Under the pieces are notes generated by a model, which was not told the origin of the DNA, searched no databases, and worked only from the letters and a program-made list of their open reading frames with translations. Of a stretch of 64,000 bases of DNA, positions 1 through 10,113 are shown piece after piece. The stretch's first letter is position 1. Each line of letters opens with the position of its first letter. The position numbers were made by a program, and so were the translations under genes. The DNA comes from Candidatus Eiseniibacteriota bacterium (GTDB taxonomy: Bacteria; Orphanbacterota; Orphanbacteria; Orphanbacterales; Orphanbacteraceae), in the NCBI GenBank assembly GCA_024276995.1, contig JAJRWB010000012.1, forward strand, positions 24,173 to 88,172, in the 5' to 3' direction.

Positions 1-815
1 GCGGGCTTCAGGACGAACACGCGGCACGCCTTGACGAGAGAGAGTCGCTCCGCCGCGCCGGGAAACTGGAGCGTCTCGTCGGCCGCCACGGTGACGGGAA
101 GATCGCCGGCGTTCGACAGCTTGAGAAGAAGATAGGGAACGGTGGGCTGCTCGATGAATTCGGGCCGTATCTCGGCGAGGCGCGCCGATTTCTCCGCCAC
201 TTCCGGCAGCTTCCATGCGCCGTTGAGATCAACCCGGATACGCAGTTCGTCGCCGAACGCATCGCGCAGCGCGTGGAGAAGCTCGAGTTCGTCGTCGAAG
301 GCGCCTTCTCGGCCCGCCTTCACCTTCACCGTGCGGATCCCCCGGTCCCAGGCGCGCCGCGTCTCGGAGATCGCATCCCCGGGCGTGGCCGATCGGACGA
401 GGGCGGAGAGGGGAACCGGATCTTCTCTTACCGAACGGTTCAGGAGACATGCCGGCCTCGTGCCGAGCCGTCGCGACGCGAGATCGAGAAGAGCGGTCTC
501 CACGGCGAAGAGCGCACCCGGATTGTTCGGGTCGATCCGCGAAGCGCATCGGTCGATCTGTTCCGTCCAGTTCCCGCCGGGATCGAATTCGGGAAAGTCG
601 CCGACCGTCAGTTTCCTCAGGGCCCGCTCGCATGATTCGAACGTGTCGAGCGTATACCCGTCGAGGGGCGATGCTTCGCCGATGCCGACGGCGCCCTTTT
701 CATCGGTGAGAACGACGATCACGCCACGGCGTACCGGCCACTCCCGCCGCGCATTCCCCACGGCGCGAGCGGGTCGTCCCTCGTGAACGGCCACATCGAT
801 GGCGTCGATTCGCAT
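1..815 (-). CDS. menC: o-succinylbenzoate synthase (partial, C-terminus runs off window start)
   Basis: Manually translated, not in ORF track: MRIDAIDVAV...GIGEASPLDGY...FAVETALLDL...TVKVKAG...IRVDLNGAW...FIEQP...AADETL...VLKP. Enolase-superfamily KxK and metal-ligand motifs; directly downstream of menA. Confidence 0.88.
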   Translation of the reverse strand, partial: MRIDAIDVAVHEGRPARAVGNARREWPVRRGVIVVLTDEKGAVGIGEASPLDGYTLDTFESCERALRKLTVGDFPEFDPGGNWTEQIDRCASRIDPNNPGALFAVETALLDLASRRLGTRPACLLNRSVREDPVPLSALVRSATPGDAISETRRAWDRGIRTVKVKAGREGAFDDELELLHALRDAFGDELRIRVDLNGAWKLPEVAEKSARLAEIRPEFIEQPTVPYLLLKLSNAGDLPVTVAADETLQFPGAAERLSLVKACRVFVLKP

Positions 816-819
816 GACC

Positions 820-1737
820 CTAGGAGTTCCCCGCCGCGAGGCCCGTCGCCAGGAGGACGGAATAGAAGAGGAGAAGTCGCGCCGTGCCGGCGAGCGCCCT
901 GTTGAGCGCCGCACCTTCGGTCGAAGTGGAAACGGCGCGTATTAGTCGAAAAGCCGGAAGCGTCGTGAGAAGGGGAAGGAAGATCCACGGCGACGCGAGC
1001 CCGGCAGCGAGAAACGCCGCCGGGGCGAGCAGGGCCACGATCACGAGGGCGGCATACTCCGCCCGCCCCGCGTCTCTTCCGAAGCGGACCGGGATCGTCT
1101 TCTTGCCGGCGCGGCGGTCGCCGGCGCAGTCGCGCACATTGTTCACCACGAGAATCGACGTGGCGAGCGCGCCGACCGGAACGGAGGCGAACATCGCCTC
1201 GAGGGGAACGCGGCCGGCTTGCACGTATGCCGTGCCGCACACGGCGACGAAGCCGAAGAAGATGAAGACGAAAAGATCGCCGAGACCATTGTAGCCGAGC
1301 GGGAAGGGGCCGGCGGTATACGCCACTCCCGCGAGGATCGACGCGATCCCCACAGCGACGATCGCCCAGCCGGCCACCGCGGCGAGGTAGACACCCGCGG
1401 CGGCGGCGAGAAGAAAGCTCACCGTCATGCCGAGGCGCACCTCGGTAGGCCTGAGAAGTCCCGCCGCGGTGACCCGGACCGGTCCGAGGCGGTCTTCCCG
1501 GTCGGCGCCCTTCTCGAAATCGCCGAGATCGTTCGCGAAGTTCGTGCCGATCTGAATGAAGAAGGCGCCGATCAGCGCCGCCGCCGCGGGGCCGGCGCGG
1601 AAGAGGTCGATCGCCCAGGCGCACGCCGTTCCCGCGATCACCGGCGCCGCCGCCGCCGTGAGCGTGGCGGGCCTCGCCGCGAGTATCCACGCCCGCGCCG
1701 AGCCGGGCGTCACGCCGATCGTGTCGGCGCGGCTCAT
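820..1737 (-). CDS. menA: 1,4-dihydroxy-2-naphthoate polyprenyltransferase
   Basis: [34 protein letters not shown]...GKKT UbiA-family motifs; hydrophobic. ATG at 1737 overlaps the menB stop. Confidence 0.95.
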   Translation of the reverse strand: MSRADTIGVTPGSARAWILAARPATLTAAAAPVIAGTACAWAIDLFRAGPAAAALIGAFFIQIGTNFANDLGDFEKGADREDRLGPVRVTAAGLLRPTEVRLGMTVSFLLAAAAGVYLAAVAGWAIVAVGIASILAGVAYTAGPFPLGYNGLGDLFVFIFFGFVAVCGTAYVQAGRVPLEAMFASVPVGALATSILVVNNVRDCAGDRRAGKKTIPVRFGRDAGRAEYAALVIVALLAPAAFLAAGLASPWIFLPLLTTLPAFRLIRAVSTSTEGAALNRALAGTARLLLFYSVLLATGLAAGNS

Positions 1738-2558
1738 GGGTAGCGCTTGAACCGGCCGAAGTCGGGAGGACGTTTTTCGTTGAAAGCGTTCCGTCCCTCC
1801 TGTCCCTCCTCGGTCATGTAGAAGAGAAGCGTCGCGTTTCCGGCGAGTTCCTGCAACCCCGCCTGGCCGTCGCAGTCGGCGTTGAGCGCCGCCTTGAGAC
1901 AGCGAAGAGCCATCGGGCTTTGGGCGAGAATCTCGCGGCACCAGGAGATCGTCTCCTCCTCGAGCCGCTCCAGCGGAACGACGCGGTTCACCAGCCCCAT
2001 GTCGAGCGCTTCGGCCGCATCGTATTGCCGGCAGAGGAACCAGATCTCCCTCGCCTTTTTCTGGCCGACGATACGCGCCATGTACGAAGCGCCGTAGCCT
2101 CCGTCGAAGCTCCCGACCTTTGGCCCGGTCTGTCCGAAGCGGGCGTTCTCCGCGGCGATCGTGAGATCGCACACCAGGTGGAGAACATGTCCGCCGCCGA
2201 TGGCGTAGCCCGCCACCATGGCGATCACCGGCTTGGGAAGCGTGCGGATCCGGCGCTGGAGATCGAGCACATTCAGCCGGGGAACGCCGTCTTCGCCCAC
2301 GTACCCGGCGTCACCCCGGATTCGCTGATCCCCCCCCGAACAGAACGCCCTTTCTCCTTCGCCCGTGAGGATCACCACCCCCACCGAACCATCGTCCCTG
2401 GCGTCGGCGAAAGCACGAAGCATTTCTTCAACCGTAAGAGGTCGGAACGCGTTCCTCACCTCCGGTCGGCAGATCGTGATTTTCGCAATACCGTCGGGCG
2501 ATTTCTCGTAACGGATATCTTCGAATCCGGACACGGCGGTCCATGCCGCGCTCTTCAT
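1734..2558 (-). CDS. menB: 1,4-dihydroxy-2-naphthoyl-CoA synthase
   Basis: [56 protein letters not shown]. Confidence 0.98.
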   Translation of the reverse strand: MKSAAWTAVSGFEDIRYEKSPDGIAKITICRPEVRNAFRPLTVEEMLRAFADARDDGSVGVVILTGEGERAFCSGGDQRIRGDAGYVGEDGVPRLNVLDLQRRIRTLPKPVIAMVAGYAIGGGHVLHLVCDLTIAAENARFGQTGPKVGSFDGGYGASYMARIVGQKKAREIWFLCRQYDAAEALDMGLVNRVVPLERLEEETISWCREILAQSPMALRCLKAALNADCDGQAGLQELAGNATLLFYMTEEGQEGRNAFNEKRPPDFGRFKRYP

Positions 2559-2562
2559 GGAA

Positions 2563-3372
2563 TCACCTCTTCCTTTTCTTGTCGTCGCAATGTTCGAGAA
2601 TCGCCTTCGCCAGAAGACCGGGCGCCTCGAGAACCACGTTGTGTCCCGCCCCGGGGATCATCGTCACGTGTGCCTGCTTCAACCGGCCCGCCATCATCGT
2701 GGCCACGGCGGCATACTTCTTGTCTTTCGCGCCGGCGACGAGGTGGACCGGCAACTCGATCGTGTCGAGGACGGGCCAGTAGTTCGGCATCACCGCCTGG
2801 CCGAGAGCGCGCAGCGAGGCGGCGAGCGCCGCGGGAGAGTGGGCCAGTCTCGTGGCACGTTGCGCCTCAAGCACGGCGGGGTCGAGTTTCTTTTGTGTGG
2901 AAAACACCGGGAGCTCTTCCCAGCGGCGGACGAACTCTTCGATTCCCTCGTTCTCGAGTACTTCGATCCACTTCGCGTCGAAAGCGGCTCGTTCCTTTCG
3001 CTCGGCTTTTGTTCGAAGGCCGGCGCCCGCACCGATCAGTGTTCCCCCCCGCACGAGATCGGGATGGCGGACGATCAGTCCGAGGGCGACGCGGCCGCCG
3101 AGGGAGTAGCCGGCGACGTGGCACCCCCGGAGCCTCGCCTTCCGGATCGCCCGCGCCAGGCGGTCGACCGCCCCCTCGAAACCGCCCTGTTCATCGGAGT
3201 GGGGCGTGGCTCCGTCGTGCCCGGGAAGGTCGACCGACACCACCTTGCGCCCCGTGCCGATCCGCCCCGCCACCTCGCGCCAGCTTGCGCCGTTCCCGGT
3301 GAAGCCGTGAATCAGGACGATCGTCGTGCCTCCCGCTTCGTTCGACCAGTATCGGAATGAGTATGCGCCCAT
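2563..3372 (-). CDS. menH: SHCHC synthase (alpha/beta hydrolase)
   Basis: HGFTG, DLPGH, GYSLGGR nucleophile elbow, GAGHNVVLE; lies between menD and menB. Confidence 0.92.
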   Translation of the reverse strand: MGAYSFRYWSNEAGGTTIVLIHGFTGNGASWREVAGRIGTGRKVVSVDLPGHDGATPHSDEQGGFEGAVDRLARAIRKARLRGCHVAGYSLGGRVALGLIVRHPDLVRGGTLIGAGAGLRTKAERKERAAFDAKWIEVLENEGIEEFVRRWEELPVFSTQKKLDPAVLEAQRATRLAHSPAALAASLRALGQAVMPNYWPVLDTIELPVHLVAGAKDKKYAAVATMMAGRLKQAHVTMIPGAGHNVVLEAPGLLAKAILEHCDDKKRKR

Positions 3373-3376
3373 CGAG

Positions 3377-5176
3377 TCACGCCCCCCGGTTCTCGAGTGA
3401 TTCGAAAACCGTCTCCCTCAATCTCGCCTGTTCCGGCACGACGGTCGCCGGGTCGATCCGTGCTTCGATTATAGTGCAACCGTCCTTCTCATGGGCGTCG
3501 CGGATCGCCGCCCCGAGTCGGGCGGCGTCGCCGACCGCCGTGTGACCGGCGCCGTAGAGCCGTGCGGCGTGACGTGGTTCGAATTCGTGCGGCGTGGTCC
3601 ACCATTCGAGATCCTCGCGGCTCACCCCGGATGTTTCGGCGATCGGGAGCTGCTCGAAAATCCTCCCTCCCCGGTTGTTCGCCACCACGACGACGAAAGG
3701 TCCCTTCGCCGCGCCGGCGAGGGCGAGTCCCCCGATGTCATGGAAAAACGCGATATCTCCGGTGTAGACTGTCGCGGGACCGTCGAAGACGGAAGCCGCG
3801 CCGGCGCCGCTCGAGACGATCCCGTCGATACCGCTTACGGGTCGCCGGCTCACGACGACGAGATCGGCGTCCATGCCGGCGGTGAACATGTCGATGTCGC
3901 GCACCGGGAGGCTGTTCGAAAGGATGAGAAGCGATTTCGCCGGGAGCGCAGATACGACGGCGCGCGCGAGCGCTCCGCCGGTCACCGGACCTTCGCCGCG
4001 GTACGAGGCGGCGAGCGTCTCCTTCACGACGAGCGAAGCGTCGCGAAAGAACTCCTCCGTTTCCGAAAGATTTCGCCGCCGGCCCTTCGCCCGCGCGAAA
4101 CGCTTCGACAGTCGCTCGAGGAATCGCTCCGCCGTGGAGCGGGCGAAGAAGGCGTTCGAGTTGAACGGATCGTTCCGATCGTACGGCGAGACGACGAACC
4201 GGGGGACGTCGAGCTGTTTCGAGTAGATCTCCCAGCCCTTCGATGTGAGCGGCCCGCCGAGACGGATCACCGCCGCCGGGGGGGGGAGCTTCGCGAGGAG
4301 AGGCGAGCGGAGGAACGTATCGAAGCCGTCATGGAAGGAGATCCCGTCCCGGGGGCCGCAGAACCGGCAGGGGGAGGCGGCCTCGGCGAAGATGGGAAAG
4401 CCGCTCGTCGCGAGGTTTTGCGCGGCGGCGTATTTCCGGTCTCCGGAAAGACCGGTCTCGGGGCCCCACGCGATCACCGGCGCGCCGCCGCGCCGCATCG
4501 CCCTTTCCAATTCATCGAGGGCGTCCTCCACGCCCTCCTCGTCCACCGGAATAGGCCGCTCCATCCGGACGGGACGTGCCCGCAGCGCGGCGACCTTCCG
4601 TCCGAGAAGCCGCTCGTCGTCCGTCGAAGGTGCCGCCGGTTCGAGCGGCTTTCGGAAGGGAACATTCAGATGCACCGCGCCCGGCGCCGGGTGAAGCGTG
4701 GCGTTCACTGCGCGGATGACCCTCTCCCGGAGACCCCGCAGCGCTTCGCCATGACCATCGGGCATCGCAACGTCGACAAAGAGATTCACATGTGTACCAT
4801 ATAGGCGCGCTTGGTCGATCGTCTGGGATGCGCCGTTTCCTTGAAGCTCGGGCGGTCTGTCCGCACTGAGGACGAGAAGGGGCGTGCGGGAGAGGGAGGC
4901 TTCGATCACCGCCGGGAAGTAGTGGGCGGGGGCGCTCCCCGACGTACAGATCAGCGCCGAGGGCTTCCCCGACGTTTTCGCTTGGCCGAGGGCGAAAAAG
5001 GCGGCGCATCTTTCGTCGATCACGCGGTGAAGGCGGAGTCCCTCGGTGTTGAGCGCCGCGTGAACGAGGGGGGCCGACCGGGAACCGGGACTGATCACCA
5101 CGTCGGTCACCCCGGCATCGGCGAGGGTGCCCACCAGGAGGGAAGCCCATTGGGAAGTGAGAACGGCGCCGGTCAC
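3377..5176 (-). CDS. menD: SEPHCHC synthase (ThDP-dependent)
   Basis: VISPGSRSAPL, IDERCAAFFALG, CTSGSA, ADRP, NSLPVRDID, SGIDG, GDIAFFHD...NNRGGRIF. Confidence 0.96.
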   Translation of the reverse strand: MTGAVLTSQWASLLVGTLADAGVTDVVISPGSRSAPLVHAALNTEGLRLHRVIDERCAAFFALGQAKTSGKPSALICTSGSAPAHYFPAVIEASLSRTPLLVLSADRPPELQGNGASQTIDQARLYGTHVNLFVDVAMPDGHGEALRGLRERVIRAVNATLHPAPGAVHLNVPFRKPLEPAAPSTDDERLLGRKVAALRARPVRMERPIPVDEEGVEDALDELERAMRRGGAPVIAWGPETGLSGDRKYAAAQNLATSGFPIFAEAASPCRFCGPRDGISFHDGFDTFLRSPLLAKLPPPAAVIRLGGPLTSKGWEIYSKQLDVPRFVVSPYDRNDPFNSNAFFARSTAERFLERLSKRFARAKGRRRNLSETEEFFRDASLVVKETLAASYRGEGPVTGGALARAVVSALPAKSLLILSNSLPVRDIDMFTAGMDADLVVVSRRPVSGIDGIVSSGAGAASVFDGPATVYTGDIAFFHDIGGLALAGAAKGPFVVVVANNRGGRIFEQLPIAETSGVSREDLEWWTTPHEFEPRHAARLYGAGHTAVGDAARLGAAIRDAHEKDGCTIIEARIDPATVVPEQARLRETVFESLENRGA

Positions 5177-6594
5177 ACGCGGATTCCCAGGGCGCGGAGG
5201 AAGGCCTGCTGCTTGATGTCCGTCTCGGCGAACTCCATCGACGGGTCGGAATCATGGACGATTCCCGCCCCGGCGTAGAGCCAGGTACTCTTGCCTCGAA
5301 CGAGACCGCACCGGAGGGCGACGGCGAACTCCCCGTCGCCCGCACCGTCGAACCATCCCACCGGCCCGGCGTACCACCCACGCGGGTCGGGTTCGTTCCG
5401 GACGATCCACTCGATCGCTTTTTCGGTGGGCACGCCCCCCACCGAAGGGGTCGGGTGGAGCACCGAGAGAAGATCGAGCACGTGCCGTCGTTCGCTTAGC
5501 TCGGCGGCGATCGGCGTGTGCAGGTGCATCACGTGGCGGAGTTTCACCACGCGCGGCCGGTCGGGGATCTCGAGAGCGGCGGAGAGCGGTGTGAGGCGAC
5601 GGCGGATCGAGTCGACCACGATGGCATGCTCGGCGCGATCCTTGGCGCTCCCCATAAGAACGTCGGCCGGTTCCCGGCGTCCCGGTTTGCCGATGTCGTT
5701 CTTCACCCCGATCGACCCGGCGAGAGCTTCGGTGCGTACGATCCGTCCCTCTTTCCGGACGAGCCGTTCCGGCGTGGCGCCGAGAAACGTCGATCGCCCC
5801 GGCCTAAAGGCGAAGCGGTAGCACTCGGGATAGGCGCCGGCGAGGCGGGAGAGGAGCGTGGGGATGTCGATGGGGAAATCGAGCTTCGCCTCGGTGAGCC
5901 GGGCAGCCACGATTTTCGTGAACTCTCCCGATGCGATGGCGTCGCGAATCGTTTCGACCATCTCGATCCATCGCGTCTCTTCCATCTGGCGAAGCGCCGC
6001 GTCGCCCGAATCGATTCGTACCGGCGCGCCGACGCCGCCGGCGCACAGGCGGCAGATCCGTTCGTACTCGGCGAGGAGCCGGGCCCTCGCGTCCCGGTCG
6101 TTGCCGTGAAAGGCGCAGCTGAGCGTCGCGCCCGCGCCGTCTTCGCGGTAGATCCATCGGGGAAGATAGAAGGCGCAATCGCCGAACTCGGTCCATGGCT
6201 CGCGCCGCGCGTTCCCCCCGGCGAAGGCGAGCCCCCCGAAGAGGGCGGGCGAAACCGGCGCCGTACCGGGGAAACAGAACGTTTCGATCGAGCCAAAGAG
6301 CCGATCCGCCCGGCGGCGGAGTTCTTCGACGCGGTTCTTTCCCGACGTGCGGATCGTCTCCACCGCGCCGTATCCGGCCGCGGTCCCCCCTTCCGGCGGA
6401 GTCCAGAAGAATGCAGGCTCCGCCCCCTCGAGAAGGGCGATGCCGCCGTCCGTTCCCCCTTCCGCCGGAACGGTGATCATCTCGACGCCCCGTCCGGACG
6501 TTTCTCCCCGGAGGTGCTCGGCGAGGTACCGGGCGACACGGCGGCGTCGATCGCCCCGGGCGGGGGCGGTGCTTGTCGATTCAACACGGCTCAA
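5173..6594 (-). CDS. menF: isochorismate synthase
   Basis: KIVAAR, FLGATPERL, EALAGS, KDRAEH, LHPTPSVGG, RGWYAGPVGW, YAGAGIV. TTG start at 6594 chosen for its GGGGAG SD; the ORF stays open to 6648. Confidence 0.93.
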   Translation of the reverse strand: MSRVESTSTAPARGDRRRRVARYLAEHLRGETSGRGVEMITVPAEGGTDGGIALLEGAEPAFFWTPPEGGTAAGYGAVETIRTSGKNRVEELRRRADRLFGSIETFCFPGTAPVSPALFGGLAFAGGNARREPWTEFGDCAFYLPRWIYREDGAGATLSCAFHGNDRDARARLLAEYERICRLCAGGVGAPVRIDSGDAALRQMEETRWIEMVETIRDAIASGEFTKIVAARLTEAKLDFPIDIPTLLSRLAGAYPECYRFAFRPGRSTFLGATPERLVRKEGRIVRTEALAGSIGVKNDIGKPGRREPADVLMGSAKDRAEHAIVVDSIRRRLTPLSAALEIPDRPRVVKLRHVMHLHTPIAAELSERRHVLDLLSVLHPTPSVGGVPTEKAIEWIVRNEPDPRGWYAGPVGWFDGAGDGEFAVALRCGLVRGKSTWLYAGAGIVHDSDPSMEFAETDIKQQAFLRALGIRV

Positions 6595-6660
6595 CTGAGG
6601 ACTCCCCTGGCGACTCCCGGTCGGTCGCACGGCGTAACATACTGTCAACGGCGCGGTTGC

Positions 6661-6690
6661 AGTATATCAAGGCGTCCTTCCCACTGTCTA
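6661..6690 (-). promoter_or_regulatory. sigma70-type promoter of the men operon
   Basis: TAGACA-N18-TATACT with TGn extended -10 on the minus strand. Confidence 0.6.
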
Positions 6691-6840
6691 CGGCCGGGAG
6701 AAGTCTATCACTTCGCCGCCGCGCATCCCGGGCGATTTTCCGACGCCGATCGGTTATAATCGTGATCTGAATTCGCCGTTGGAGGAACGATTCCGGGACC
6801 CCCCGCGCGGTCCCGCCAGCCAGGAAGGTATGGAGGAGAG

Positions 6841-7461
6841 ATGATTTCGTTTTTCAAGAAGCTGTTCGGCGGCGGCTACGGCATGCCGATCTATGTGATT
6901 TCGGGCCTCCCGCGGTCGGGCACGTCGATGGCGATGAAAATGCTGGATGCCGGAGGTCTCGGTACCGTCGTCGACGGGCGGCGCACCGCCGACGACGACA
7001 ACCCGAAGGGGTATTTCGAAGATGAGCGGGTGAAACATCTCCACGAAGACAAGGACAAGTCGTGGGTGAAAGAGGCGCGGGGGAAGGTGATCAAGGTGAT
7101 CAGTTTTCTTCTCAAGGAACTGCCCGACGAAAACTTCTACAAGGTGGTATTTCTCCGGCGCGATCTCGACGAGGTTCTCGCGTCGCAGAACAAGATGCTC
7201 GTGAACCGCGGGGAGAAATCGGAAACCCCCGACGAACGGATGAAAGAGTTATACGCCACCCACCTCCAGCAGGTGGAGAACCTTCTTTCGGTGAGGCCGA
7301 ACTACGAGGTTCTCTATCTTCACTATACTTCCATCCTGAAGGATCCTCTCGAAAACGCGAAGAAGATGAAGGCCTTTCTCGGGCTCGATCTCGACGTGAA
7401 CGCCATGGCCGGCGTCGTGGATCCCGATCTGTACAGGAACAGGAAAGAAGCGAAGGCCTGA
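6841..7461 (+). CDS. sulfotransferase-family (P-loop-like) protein
   Basis: VISGLPRSGTSMAM (PAPS 5'-PSB-like loop), DNPKGYFE, FLRRDLDEVLASQ; GGAGG SD; TATAAT at 6755-6760. Confidence 0.75.
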   Translation: MISFFKKLFGGGYGMPIYVISGLPRSGTSMAMKMLDAGGLGTVVDGRRTADDDNPKGYFEDERVKHLHEDKDKSWVKEARGKVIKVISFLLKELPDENFYKVVFLRRDLDEVLASQNKMLVNRGEKSETPDERMKELYATHLQQVENLLSVRPNYEVLYLHYTSILKDPLENAKKMKAFLGLDLDVNAMAGVVDPDLYRNRKEAKA

Positions 7462-7513
7462 GCCGCGCCCGGCGGGGAGTCGCCGTTCCCGGCGGGTGCG
7501 GCCTTTCCCCTTT
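7462..7513 (+). terminator. probable intrinsic terminator
   Basis: GC-rich stem GCCGCGCCCG...CGGGTGCGGC right after the stop, followed by CTTTCCCCTTT (weak U-tract). Confidence 0.5.
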
Positions 7514-7594
7514 CCGGTCGGCGCGGCGATCTTCGTTCGTCGGGATTTTGCCGGCACCGGCGACCCCGCAAGCGAGGAGACCATACAGGTGCCG

Positions 7595-9091
7595 ATGACC
7601 CGATCGGATTCCCTATGGATACGCAGGAAGACCGCCGAGGGAACGGCGTGGATCGTGCTTTCCAGCGGGAGCCGCAAGGCGGTCGGGTTTCTCTCGAGCA
7701 TCGTGCTCGCCCGGGTTCTCTACCCATCCGACTTCGGCCTGATCGCCATGGCGAACGTCGTGATCGCCCTTTTGGGCGTGTTCGACGGCTTCGGCGTCGC
7801 CGCGTTCCTTGTCTACAAGGGGGACGAAGGACGGGCGCACCACAACACGGCTTTCTGGATGAGCATCGCCCTCGGCACGTTTCTCACGGCGATCACCTGG
7901 TTCGCGGCGCCCCTCGCCGCGGCGGCATACGGCAACGCGGAGATCGGACCGATCCTGAGGGCGCTCAGTTTCGTCTTCCTCTTCGGTTCGTTCAGCCCGG
8001 TGCACCGTGCGCAGCTGCGCCGCGAAATGCGCTTCGCCGAGCTTTCCCGGAGGAATGTCGGCCTCGCCCTCGCCTCGTCGCTCATCACCGTGGCGCTCGC
8101 CCTTTCCGGGTTCGGCGTCTGGAGTTTCGTCGTCCCCGCCCTCATCCGTCCGCTGGCGGGAACGGTGATCTTCTGGAAGCTCTCCCCCTGGCGACCCCGC
8201 CTGCGTTTCCACGATCCCCACCTCCGGGAAATCATCTCGTACGGTCGGTTCGTCGTGGGAACCGACTTGGTCGAAATGGCGCTCCGCTACGCCGATTTCC
8301 TGCTCATCGGGCATCTGCTCGGGGCGGCGGCGCTCGGCGTGTACAGCTTCGCCTACTTCTCCGCCGTGGCGCTCTCCGGTTACGTCGAAGAACTGTGCCG
8401 CTTCGTCGCCTTCCCGGTGGTGGCGAGTCTCCGCGCGGACCGGGAAGAGCTCGAAAACTGGGGGCGCCAGTTCCTCCGCGCCCTTTCGCTTCTCGTCTTC
8501 CCGGTACTCGCCGGGCAGTTGGTCGTAGCGAGAGACTACATTCTCGTTCTCTACGGCGAACGCTGGGCGGAGGCGATCGGCCCGTTCCGTATTCTCCTCC
8601 TTCTCGGGCTGTTCACCGCTTTCGCCCGCCCGGCGGTGCCGATGCTCCGCGCGGCGGGAAGGCCGGAACTTCCTTTCCGGATCACCCTGGTCACCCTTCC
8701 TCTTCTCGTCGCCCTCCTCTGGTTCACGGTGCCGGGCGGCGTCGAGGCGGCGGCGCTCACCGTGGGCCTCGTTCTCGGCGCATCCCGTGTGGGGATGTTG
8801 CTCCTGGCGATGAAGACACTCGGGCTGTCGCTTCGCCGGGTTCTTCGCGAAGGCCTCCCGTCGGCGACGGCGGCCGCCGTCTTCTGCGTGATCCTGGTCG
8901 CGGCCGATCGGTCGATCGTGCGCGTGGCGGCATCCCCGCTCCTTCGACTGCTCTTCGAGGTTCCCGTCGGCGCGGCGATCTATTTCGCGGTGCTGGCGCT
9001 CTTCTTCCCCGCGACGCTGCGTTGGGGTGCGGAGAGGGTCGCTTCCCTCCTGCCCGGAAGATCCGCCGCCGCGGGAGGGTCGCTCCGATGA
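7595..9091 (+). CDS. wzx: Wzx-type polysaccharide flippase (PST/MOP family)
   Basis: IVLARVLYPSDFGLIA, GFGVWSFV, DFLLIGHLLGAAALGVYSFA, LYGERWAEA; many TM segments. Confidence 0.88.
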   Translation: MTRSDSLWIRRKTAEGTAWIVLSSGSRKAVGFLSSIVLARVLYPSDFGLIAMANVVIALLGVFDGFGVAAFLVYKGDEGRAHHNTAFWMSIALGTFLTAITWFAAPLAAAAYGNAEIGPILRALSFVFLFGSFSPVHRAQLRREMRFAELSRRNVGLALASSLITVALALSGFGVWSFVVPALIRPLAGTVIFWKLSPWRPRLRFHDPHLREIISYGRFVVGTDLVEMALRYADFLLIGHLLGAAALGVYSFAYFSAVALSGYVEELCRFVAFPVVASLRADREELENWGRQFLRALSLLVFPVLAGQLVVARDYILVLYGERWAEAIGPFRILLLLGLFTAFARPAVPMLRAAGRPELPFRITLVTLPLLVALLWFTVPGGVEAAALTVGLVLGASRVGMLLLAMKTLGLSLRRVLREGLPSATAAAVFCVILVAADRSIVRVAASPLLRLLFEVPVGAAIYFAVLALFFPATLRWGAERVASLLPGRSAAAGGSLR

Positions 9092-10113
9092 TCGGTTTCA
9101 TAAGGGACTTGCTCGCATGGCGGTGCGTGGCGCGGGCGTATCGGAAAGGGAGGGTGAACCTTCCCTACCCGCCGCTGGAGCTGTGGATCGAGCCGACGAA
9201 CCGGTGCAACCTGCGGTGCGGAAAATGTCCCCACGCGGCGGGGCTCCGCCGGGAGGCGGGAATCATGGAGATCGACCTTTACAGGAAGGTGATCGACGAG
9301 ATCGCCGGCCGTACGAGGCTCGTCAGTTTTCATCTCGGCGGCGAATCGCTTCTCGTGAACGATCTACCCGACCGGATCGCCTACGCGGTCCGGCGGGGCT
9401 TGAAAACGGTGCTTCACACCAACGCTCTTTTGCTGAAGGGGGAGCGCGTCGAGGGGGTGATCGATTCGGGGCTTCACCGGCTTTCGATCAGCGTGGACGG
9501 CGAAGATGAGGTCTCGTATCGCGACGCCATGGGAGGGGGGGATTTCAATGCGCTCAAAGCCAATGTGGACCGTTTTCTCGCGGCCCGCGGGAAGAGGAGA
9601 GATCCGGTCGTTACCCTGCGCGTGACCCGTCCCTCGCCCGATCGGTTCGATCGTCCCGGGGAAACGCCGCTGGCGCGGTGGGGAGCCGACTTTCTCCAGG
9701 TGGTGGATCCCCACGTGTGGAGCGGGACCGACGCGGCGCGCCGGCGCGGCCTCGGTCTTGGCCTGGGAGGGCCGCTCTCCGCGTGCGCACGGATCTGGTA
9801 CGGCATGGGAATCCTGTGGGATGGAACGGCGGTGCCCTGCTGCATGGACATGGAAGGGGAGAAGCCGGTGGGAGACGTGAGGGAGGAGCGTGTGGAGGAG
9901 GTTTGGAACAGCGCCGCCATGGTAGAACTGAGAAGGCGTCACGTCGAGGGGCGTTTCGACGGCATCGGCATCTGTTCCGGTTGCGACGAGCTTCGTCTTC
10001 CCGGCCCGCACGGGGTGGTGGTGGAGGCGAAGAACCGGGCCAAGGAAAAGGCACGGCGGTTCGCGCCCCGTCTCTTTTCGCGACACGGCGACGTCCGGGG
10101 AGGAGGCGATTGA
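9088..10113 (+). CDS. radical SAM protein with SPASM/Twitch C-terminal domain
   Basis: IEPTNRCNLRCGKC (CxxxCxxC), GGESL, CARIW...ILWDGTAVPCC...CSGC; ATGA overlap with wzx. Confidence 0.9.
   Translation: MIGFIRDLLAWRCVARAYRKGRVNLPYPPLELWIEPTNRCNLRCGKCPHAAGLRREAGIMEIDLYRKVIDEIAGRTRLVSFHLGGESLLVNDLPDRIAYAVRRGLKTVLHTNALLLKGERVEGVIDSGLHRLSISVDGEDEVSYRDAMGGGDFNALKANVDRFLAARGKRRDPVVTLRVTRPSPDRFDRPGETPLARWGADFLQVVDPHVWSGTDAARRRGLGLGLGGPLSACARIWYGMGILWDGTAVPCCMDMEGEKPVGDVREERVEEVWNSAAMVELRRRHVEGRFDGIGICSGCDELRLPGPHGVVVEAKNRAKEKARRFAPRLFSRHGDVRGGGD

Noticed and set aside
6643-6648. Perfect TTGACA on the minus strand upstream of menF
   Set aside because: No -10 at 16-18 nt; a better promoter lies at 6661-6690.
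7615-9087. N-terminal extension on the radical SAM ORF (also on the ppk2, menA and 44387-46789 ORFs)
   Set aside because: Alternate-frame run-through of upstream genes; true starts overlap or follow the upstream stops.
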